Positions 25,503-32,000 of a stretch of 32,000 nucleotides of DNA are shown here, piece after piece (position 1 is the first letter of the stretch; each line of letters starts with the position of its first letter). A program made the position numbers and the translations under genes. The notes below the pieces were generated by a model, which saw only the letters and a program-made list of their open reading frames with translations, was not told where the DNA came from and did not search any database. The stretch comes from Candidatus Thorarchaeota archaeon (GTDB lineage: Archaea; Asgardarchaeota; Thorarchaeia; Thorarchaeales; Thorarchaeaceae), in NCBI GenBank assembly GCA_003345555.1, contig PRDJ01000061.1, positions 1,387-33,386 of the forward strand, given 5' to 3'.

Positions 25503-26582
25503 TCAAAGAACTTTTCGCATCATCTGCAACAGTTCTCTTTTGAACGGAGAACTGCATATCTCGGCTAGCGATCCGACAAGCTCTCTCTGTCCCTGGCCAA
25601 CAAGCAGCAAATCAAGTGACTTGACCCTAGATTCAACACACAGGTTCAGTAGACCGGCAGCGAATTGAGTGACATCAAGTTTCTCGCTATCGTGCAGGCA
25701 GACAGTCACGAGAGCACGTTTGCCATATGGCATGAAACCCGTCAAAGCCAACGCCCGTCCTTTCACTGACAATGTCTTGAGAGACCTGAGGCCAGCGGCA
25801 ACTGACACGGCAAGATGTGCTTGTGAACAGCTGAGCCCGGATTCCATTCCAGCTTTTCGGAAAAGCGCATCAGCCCGGGCAAGGTCAGGATGAGAATCCC
25901 ACTGACGTCCATGAATAGCAGCTTTTCTGCCCGAGATATTCTCCGCAGAGTAGTGACACAACTGTTCTGCTTTCTGAAACCCATTTGTTTCCAAGATTGG
26001 CATGACCCATGCTGGAAGATCGTATGCGAGAGGAAAAGGAATGCCATTACGATTTCTGGAATGATTGACGAGAGCCTCCACTTGGACAATGCTTGCGCTT
26101 CGAAAGAAGGGCAGCGATGATTTGATCATGAGAGAGAGCAGTTCTTTCCTGAAACTGGGCTTCATTCTCACGGAAACCAAGCACAGAGTGCATGCAACAC
26201 TGTCGCGATAAGCCGCGGTGCCCCCTATTGGGTTGCTCTCCACCGAAGATAGATAGAGTAGGGCACCCGAAAGGCTAACGAACGCATCCATATATCCCCG
26301 AAGTGCGTCTTTTTGGACCAGACTGGACCGAGACTCATCGAGATTCAGCCATAGGCCACTCTCAGTCCTGCTGAGTCTTCTCGTGTAGAGAGTCGAGGGC
26401 TTGGCCATCGGGGTCGCTTCCTTCAATCTCGATTTCGCTGCAACTTGCGTTTGGCAGTTATTGAACCTGTGCCTGTTCAAGACATTGCGACTCTTCGAGT
26501 GCATCTCTTGCGTGAACAGACCTTGGTCGGCCGTTCTGAACTGGGCCTGCTGATCTTCTGTCACTTGTCCCTCCGAAGTCAT
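25503..26582 (-). CDS. Hypothetical protein, possibly tandem degenerate GNAT fold
   Basis: Long ORF (ATG 26582 or 26408); GNAT-like strand order, VSVRMKPSFR helix entry and ILETNGFQ terminal motif. Confidence 0.65.
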   Translation of the reverse strand: MTSEGQVTEDQQAQFRTADQGLFTQEMHSKSRNVLNRHRFNNCQTQVAAKSRLKEATPMAKPSTLYTRRLSRTESGLWLNLDESRSSLVQKDALRGYMDAFVSLSGALLYLSSVESNPIGGTAAYRDSVACTLCLVSVRMKPSFRKELLSLMIKSSLPFFRSASIVQVEALVNHSRNRNGIPFPLAYDLPAWVMPILETNGFQKAEQLCHYSAENISGRKAAIHGRQWDSHPDLARADALFRKAGMESGLSCSQAHLAVSVAAGLRSLKTLSVKGRALALTGFMPYGKRALVTVCLHDSEKLDVTQFAAGLLNLCVESRVKSLDLLLVGQGQRELVGSLAEICSSPFKRELLQMMRKVL

Positions 26583-26649
26583 AGGAAACGAGAATCATCG
26601 ATGGGTTTATGATGGACTTAAGCCTCACCAGAAAAGTCGCCTGAAACAT

Positions 26650-27639
26650 ATGAGATCCTTGGTTCTTACACAGGATGGGCTTCGCTTGGGGGATACGCCG
26701 AAGCCTTCTGTCATGCCAGGGGATGTGAGGATAGAAGTTCGTGCTGTCGGCATATGCGAGACAGACATATCAATCTGGAAAGGAACCATTAATGTTGGAC
26801 TTCCTCTGATTCTTGGTCACGAGATAGCCGGCGTCGTCGAAGAGAGCTCAGTTGATGAGTTCACACCGGGGTCGCTTGTCATAACCGAAGCAAACGCCAA
26901 TTGCGGTCGATGTTGGTATTGCAGGAATGACACGAAGGCATTGTGTTCAGACAAACGGATGATTGGAGTCACAACTGATGGAGGATTTGCTGAGTATATC
27001 AGTGTCCCGGCAGACATTGTGCACGTCCTTCCGCCATCGTTGGACGCAGTGTCAGGGACCTTTGTTGAGCCGCTGGCATCCGCAGTACAGACGTATCTTC
27101 AGAGCCCATCAAAGCCCCAAGAAGTTGTCGCCGTGGTAGGCAGCGGCAAGCTCGGCCTTCTAATTGCCCAGGTGTATGATAGCTTCGGCGCAGAAGTCTA
27201 TGTGTTAGGGCGTAATCAGTGGCGACTCGGTCTAGCCAAGCAGCTCGGCCTTACTCACACTGTGAGCACCGTAGGAGATCAATGGAAGAAACAGATCCTC
27301 GACTCAACGTCAGGTGTGGGTCCCAGAATTGTCGTTGAGGCGACCGGCAATCCTGAAGGTTTGAAAACGGCTCTCGAGATTGTGAGGTCCGGCGGAGTCA
27401 TCGCCCTGAAGAGCCACTACCAAAGGACCACCGACATTGATTACAATTCGATTGTTGAGCGTCAGATAACGCTTCAAGGCAGCACCGTCGGCCACTATGA
27501 TACAGCGATTGATATGCTGGATAAGGGACGCATTGAAGTCAAGCGCCTCGTTTCGAAGCAGTTCTCACTCGAACATGGGATTGAGGCTTTCGAGTATGCT
27601 GACAAGCCCGGTGTGGCCAAGGTCGTCGTCAGGGTGTAA
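26650..27639 (+). CDS. Zinc-dependent medium-chain alcohol dehydrogenase (threonine/sorbitol DH-like)
   Basis: GICETD, LILGHE, structural Zn C-x2-C-x2-C-x7-C (CGRCWYCRNDTKALC), VEPLAS, GSGKLG. Confidence 0.94.
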   Translation: MRSLVLTQDGLRLGDTPKPSVMPGDVRIEVRAVGICETDISIWKGTINVGLPLILGHEIAGVVEESSVDEFTPGSLVITEANANCGRCWYCRNDTKALCSDKRMIGVTTDGGFAEYISVPADIVHVLPPSLDAVSGTFVEPLASAVQTYLQSPSKPQEVVAVVGSGKLGLLIAQVYDSFGAEVYVLGRNQWRLGLAKQLGLTHTVSTVGDQWKKQILDSTSGVGPRIVVEATGNPEGLKTALEIVRSGGVIALKSHYQRTTDIDYNSIVERQITLQGSTVGHYDTAIDMLDKGRIEVKRLVSKQFSLEHGIEAFEYADKPGVAKVVVRV

Positions 27640-27653
27640 GGCGGAGGCACCAG

Positions 27654-28937
27654 ATGCCTGAGTTTGACACTGACCTTCACATTCACTCGCACCACTCAAT
27701 CGGTGTTAGTCATACAATGACAATCCCCAATCTCGTGAATGGCGCCGCCGAGAAGGGACTCGACATTCTCGGCACTGGTGACGCGACTCAGCCAGATTGG
27801 CTTGACCATCTCAGACGGAACCTCGTACCATCCGGAGAGGAATTGAAACAAGAAGGCATCTCATTCATACCCACGGTAGAAATCGAGGACGGCGAATCGA
27901 TTCATCACCTCGTGATACTGCCCGATTTCGAATCAGTAGAAATGCTCCGAAGCTCCCTGCGACCATTCTCGCCAAATATCGACAGCGAGTGGGGCGGTCG
28001 TCCCAGAGCGAATATCGGACCTTCGGATCTTGCGGCTCTTGTGAGAGAAACAGGAGGGTTTGTCGGTCCAGCGCACGCATTCACGCCCTTCAAGTCGGTA
28101 TTTCGGGAGGGCCGGTATGAGTCGTTGCTCGCTTGCTATGGAAAGGAAGCGGCGAATATCCATTTTATAGAACTGGGTCTTTCTGCGGATACTGAAATTG
28201 CAGACTACATACCCGAACTGCGTGGAATCACCTTCATCACCTCAAGCGATGCTCATTCGCCTTCTCCAGACAAGCTCGGCAGAGAGTTCGTAAGATTCTC
28301 CATGGAATCAGCCACATTCGATGAGCTCAGAAAAGCCATCCTTAGACAACAAGGCAGAAAACCTATTCTGAACGTGGGCCTAGATCCGCGCCTAGGAAAG
28401 TACTATCTCTCGTTCTGCAGCTCTTGTCGACGAACAGTGCAGATACTTGAGGGAGAAGGACATCCTTGGTTTGACACACTCAATATCTACATCGAGTGCA
28501 AGAACGACGACGAGAAGGCTGCGCTTCTCCGTGATGTGCACAAACGCCGCGCGAAGTGTCCTATCGATGGAAAGAACTTGCGACTCGGCGTTCGCGACCG
28601 TGCTATGATGATTGGCACACCAAGAAGCGAGTCTCTATTTGATCGTCCACCGTACCTGCACGTTCCGCCGCTGCTTGATGTGATTTCTGCGTCGATGAAT
28701 GGCATGGCGAAATCAACGAAGAGTGTAAGGAGTCTCTACGACAGAATGCGAAGCAGCATAGGCAGGGAGACGACAATACTCATCGATGCACCAATTGACA
28801 GAGTGTCAAAGATTGACGGGAGAGTGGGAGCCATGGTTGAGGCGCTCCGGAATGGGACTGCGACCTATGCTGCTGGGGGCGGAGGAAGATACGGTTGGCT
28901 TGTACCTCCCTGGCAGACTGGCAAGCCAATCAAGTAG
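27654..28937 (+). CDS. PHP-domain endonuclease Q family protein (TIGR00375)
   Basis: DLHIHS, GTGD, HAFTP, ELGLSAD, SDAHS, LGREF, GLDPRLGKY, CxxC...CP, LGVRDR, GGGGRYG; GGAGG 7 nt upstream of ATG. Confidence 0.9.
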   Translation: MPEFDTDLHIHSHHSIGVSHTMTIPNLVNGAAEKGLDILGTGDATQPDWLDHLRRNLVPSGEELKQEGISFIPTVEIEDGESIHHLVILPDFESVEMLRSSLRPFSPNIDSEWGGRPRANIGPSDLAALVRETGGFVGPAHAFTPFKSVFREGRYESLLACYGKEAANIHFIELGLSADTEIADYIPELRGITFITSSDAHSPSPDKLGREFVRFSMESATFDELRKAILRQQGRKPILNVGLDPRLGKYYLSFCSSCRRTVQILEGEGHPWFDTLNIYIECKNDDEKAALLRDVHKRRAKCPIDGKNLRLGVRDRAMMIGTPRSESLFDRPPYLHVPPLLDVISASMNGMAKSTKSVRSLYDRMRSSIGRETTILIDAPIDRVSKIDGRVGAMVEALRNGTATYAAGGGGRYGWLVPPWQTGKPIK

Positions 28938-28968
28938 GATAATACCCTCTATACACTGCAACTCGAAA

Positions 28969-30222
28969 CTAAACGGGAATTCCTATCAGAACTCGACCAA
29001 TCCATGCATTCTGACCCTCCGAGGTCTCCGTGATAAATCCTGAGACAAACACGCCGCCAATGGGAACGGCGATGACACCAAACGCTGTGTCGAAACCATC
29101 GGCAGACCCGTTTATCGTGATTCTCGTATAGAAACGGAGGTTCATGTCATAGAGCGCTATCATCATGTTTGCTCCGCCTGAAACCTCGGTGTAGGTTCCC
29201 ACCTGGACAAGATAACTTCCATGCTGCGCAATTGAATATGCTGTGTCATCTCCATTCCCGGGACCATTTACTGTAATATCGTTCAATAGGTTCAGGTTAC
29301 TGTCGAACTTGGCCAGCCATGCATTATAGCTTTGACCAGCTTCAGTTATCGTACCTGTGGCATAGAGATACCCGAAATAATCGTCTCGGCAGATGCCATA
29401 GCCCTTGTCCTCGCCGCTTGTGGGCCCCGCAATGATTACCTGGCCCAAGAGCTGCAAGTCCGCATCAAACTTGCCAATCCATATGTCATAGCCTGTTCCA
29501 GCTTGACTCATCGAGCCGCTTACGAATAAGTTGCCCACATCATCAAGGAGCATGAATCGGCCCTTATCGGTCATGCTCGCAGGGCCATCAATCGTGATGT
29601 TTCGTACAAGATTGAGATCGGAATCGTACTTGCCAATGTAAATATCGTAGCCGTGGCCAGGTAATGTGACGGTACCCGTTATGTAAACAGTACCTGAATC
29701 ATCCAAGAGTAGGCCATATGCTTCGTCCGTCCCGTTGCTTGGTCCATCAAGAGTGATGCTTTCTTCAATGGTCAGATTGAGACTGTACCTTGCTATCCAG
29801 ATGTTGTGGTCTTCTCCAGCCTCAGTTACGTAGCCCGCGGCGAAAAGATGCCCATGGCCGTCCAGAGCCAGCCCGTAGCCCGCATCGTCGCCCAAGGGAC
29901 CGCCAAAGGTTGTGTTTCCGACTTGCTCAATCTGGCCGTAAGTTGAATTGAGTTTCCAAATGATGCCATCCTTGCCGTGACCCGGCACGGTAATGAAACC
30001 GGTTGCGTATAGAACGCTTTGATTCTCGTCATATGCCATTCCGAGAGCCCAATCGTCACCACCAGAACCACCATCCATGCTCACCGAGTCGATGAACACC
30101 AAACTCGGACCGCCAGAAGGGATACCCGTCTGAAAACTGCCGAGAATCACGGCCACGATTATGACACAGCCGATGATTATCGCCACTGAACGTCGTCTGG
30201 CCTTATGCTCGCTGTCTGGCAT
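28969..30222 (-). CDS. Membrane-anchored 7-bladed beta-propeller protein (SBBP-like repeats)
   Basis: Basic N-terminus plus hydrophobic anchor; seven repeats of about 50 aa of type GP.xx.D.[AG]YG[ILV]xxDxxGxx[YF]xxG...G...D.WIxK[YF]D. Confidence 0.88.
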   Translation of the reverse strand: MPDSEHKARRRSVAIIIGCVIIVAVILGSFQTGIPSGGPSLVFIDSVSMDGGSGGDDWALGMAYDENQSVLYATGFITVPGHGKDGIIWKLNSTYGQIEQVGNTTFGGPLGDDAGYGLALDGHGHLFAAGYVTEAGEDHNIWIARYSLNLTIEESITLDGPSNGTDEAYGLLLDDSGTVYITGTVTLPGHGYDIYIGKYDSDLNLVRNITIDGPASMTDKGRFMLLDDVGNLFVSGSMSQAGTGYDIWIGKFDADLQLLGQVIIAGPTSGEDKGYGICRDDYFGYLYATGTITEAGQSYNAWLAKFDSNLNLLNDITVNGPGNGDDTAYSIAQHGSYLVQVGTYTEVSGGANMMIALYDMNLRFYTRITINGSADGFDTAFGVIAVPIGGVFVSGFITETSEGQNAWIGRVLIGIPV

Positions 30223-30417
30223 TTCATGCCCTCCAGGTCTTCACTTCGAAGACAAGATACCAAGTTCCTGTACTGTAGTAAAGTGATATAAATCCTCTCG
30301 CGCATAATCACGAAACAGACCTAGACTTGGATTCATTACAACATGCATTCTCACCACCCGATACTCGAGCCGGGTGAGTGCGATGTTATCGTGCACGAAA
30401 GTCTGGGCAGGACCAGA

Positions 30418-30762
30418 ATGATAGTTCTGATGCTCAGGAGGAATCGTAACCTGACCGTCGTCAAAGGGATAATTCGTGAAGTCGGTCGAAGCACCACCGT
30501 CAGCGTGAGCGCTCAGCGATGGTACGGCTTCACGAACATAGTGGTTCAAGATGAGGTTACAGAAAAGACCTATGACGTCCATCTCTCTTCTGCTGTGATG
30601 ACGAAGTGTAGATTCCTGCCACGGGTTGGCATGAAGGTGGTAGTCAACGGCTATGTCGAGAAGTCCGAATATGGATTAAGCGACTATCTCGTGACGAAAG
30701 TTGTCGATGTCAAACACGAAGGAAGTGGTATCCTGCGCGTTCATCGTCTCGATCCAGATTGA
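30418..30762 (+). CDS. Small single OB-fold-like protein
   Basis: VVKGIIREV...IVVQDEVTEKTYDVHL...PRVGMKVVVNGYV pattern typical of OB folds. Start uncertain (30343, 30418 or 30430). Confidence 0.65.
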   Translation: MIVLMLRRNRNLTVVKGIIREVGRSTTVSVSAQRWYGFTNIVVQDEVTEKTYDVHLSSAVMTKCRFLPRVGMKVVVNGYVEKSEYGLSDYLVTKVVDVKHEGSGILRVHRLDPD

Positions 30763-30843
30763 TTCGAACCGACACCTCATCCGCTGCAAGTTACAAACAC
30801 GTGAACCCTGCACCGACTGCAGCGGCGGGCCACAAAACGTCAG

Positions 30844-31143
30844 CTATTCGCCCGGTTGAATGATGTAGCCGGGCTCTATTATATGTTCAGAATGGCATTT
30901 GGGGCACTTGGCTGGCGTCCTAGCCACGTGGCGATCCCAGAACACGTAACCGCATTCGCCGCATCTCGCAGGACGAATCAGTATCTCCTTTCCCTTGATT
31001 CTGATTGTCTGACTGACGTGTTCAATGTCATCGTACACCGTAGATGTGCTACTGATTCCCAGCCGTTCGCATATGTCTTTGGCTGTAAGCGGGACTTCTG
31101 TGTTCTCCAGAAGCTTCTCGATTGATTCTCTTCGCGTTGACAT
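30844..31143 (-). CDS. HTH plus Zn-ribbon transcriptional regulator (COG3357-like)
   Basis: TRRESIEKLL..PLTAKDICERLGI HTH; PARCGECGYVF...PAKCPKCHSEHIIEP. ATG 31143. Confidence 0.88.
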   Translation of the reverse strand: MSTRRESIEKLLENTEVPLTAKDICERLGISSTSTVYDDIEHVSQTIRIKGKEILIRPARCGECGYVFWDRHVARTPAKCPKCHSEHIIEPGYIIQPGE

Positions 31144-31289
31144 GTCTTGGTTCCCCGCATCAATTCGGCTTCTATACCTGCCGGCATCCGTGGTGGAGTT
31201 TCCGCTGTTCAACCTTTTGAACGCGCCGTTTAAACCGTAGTATAATATCCTTTCGTGAGGAGTGAGTATCGACCTTCGGGGGAATTGAA

Positions 31290-32000
31290 ATGAAAGAATA
31301 CGGAACGACCATGAAGTCCACGGTATCGGCCGCAGTAGTAGTTGCGCTCCTAGTAGCTGGCGGGTTGATTGCCACTTCGATCTGGCTGCCCGGCATCCAT
31401 ACGACGACTACCACAACGACCACAACAACAACTCATCCGGGCAGCGGGTTCGGTCCTATGGCCATGGAGTACCTTCAGAGTAAACGGAATGATGTGATGT
31501 TCTACTGGATGTGCAACTCAACATTCGTGAACAGTAACTTGAGCCTCTACTACCAGCAGAGCAATGCCTCTGCATTCGTTGATGGAGTGTACCTGAAACG
31601 GGGAGATCCCGCAAATGAGATACGTGTCCTCTTTTCTCCTTTTGAAGAGGATATCCCAGGCATAGGATCCTTGGACCAAAACACATGGGACTTGTTCAGC
31701 GGTCTGCTGGTCAACGATAGTATCGGAAAGATGGATGATGCATCCTCACATCCTGAGAGTTGGCCCAACAGTTGGCCGATTGACTTCTTCATCGAGATAT
31801 TCTTCAATGACGGCACGTTGTTCTACCTCGGCTATACTAAGAGTGACGGACTAGCGTTCATCCAAAACGGGACGTGGACCGGTAGCTACACTCCCAACGG
31901 TTGGCCTGAGGTTACGGGCTATGCATCAACCGGCTACTGGCTCGTGGAAGGAGGCCATCTCCACAATCCGCTTGTCGAACTCTATGGCATAATCACAAAT
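31290..32000 (+). CDS. Secreted or membrane-anchored surface protein with Thr11 stalk, truncated at window end (not in the supplied ORF track)
   Basis: My translation: MKEYGTTMKSTVSAAVVVALLVAGGLIATSIWLPGIH-T11-HPGSGFGP...; 237 codons open to base 32000; five N-x-S/T sequons (NST, NLS, NAS, NDS, NGT). Confidence 0.85.
   Translation, partial: MKEYGTTMKSTVSAAVVVALLVAGGLIATSIWLPGIHTTTTTTTTTTTHPGSGFGPMAMEYLQSKRNDVMFYWMCNSTFVNSNLSLYYQQSNASAFVDGVYLKRGDPANEIRVLFSPFEEDIPGIGSLDQNTWDLFSGLLVNDSIGKMDDASSHPESWPNSWPIDFFIEIFFNDGTLFYLGYTKSDGLAFIQNGTWTGSYTPNGWPEVTGYASTGYWLVEGGHLHNPLVELYGIITN

Noticed and set aside
30755-30835. Minus-strand GGTTCGAATC resembling a tRNA T-loop
   Set aside because: The flanks do not pair (GTCGG versus CAATC), and no acceptor, D or anticodon stems can be built.
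31400-31433. Thr run as a DNA microsatellite or phase-variation tract
   Set aside because: Codons are mixed (ACG/ACT/ACC/ACA), so it is a protein-level repeat.
1-32000. CRISPR array, rRNA, transposase/integrase, in-frame Sec/Pyl readthrough
   Set aside because: No periodic repeats, no rRNA-like segments (the window is almost fully coding), no recombinase motifs, and no split ORFs that would be joined across a TGA or TAG.

Overview
Gene-dense archaeal chromosomal window (roughly 50% GC by eye). It has about 34 CDS, SD-like GGAG(G) motifs and AT-rich TATA/TTAA boxes. The gene content and style (COG1202 helicase, TIGR00375 PHP nuclease, DUF131, COG3357 regulator, archaeal RecJ/GAN, Thr-stalk surface protein, eukaryote-like domains) point to an Asgard archaeon, plausibly Thorarchaeota; that taxon call is inference. 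Recognisable parts: a DtxR-FeoA regulator/feoB iron-uptake operon with two TTAGG-N4-CCTAA operators flanking its TATA box; a PRTase; a PRMT-fold methyltransferase head-to-head with a TPR/Zn-ribbon protein; NUDIX; RecJ-like DHH nuclease; cupin; HAD-IIA; B3/4 protein; HerA/DUF87-like ATPase; MFS transporter; a two-hypothetical plus SF2 helicase operon; small Zn-finger proteins; a beta-CASP MBL hydrolase; Zn-ADH; EndoQ-family nuclease; a 7-bladed propeller; an OB-fold protein; an HTH-Zn regulator; and a surface protein cut by the window edge. The best candidates for new biology are (i) a stand-alone coiled-coil protein whose C-terminal domain aligns by eye with the ESCRT-I Vps28 C-terminal four-helix bundle, (ii) a compact PRMT-like enzyme with an intact double-E loop paired with a TPR gene, and (iii) a HerA-like ATPase with an ER/K single-alpha-helix arm downstream of a 6-TM membrane gene. 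I found no rRNA, tRNA, CRISPR array or mobile element. All family assignments are motif recognition by eye; no searches were run.
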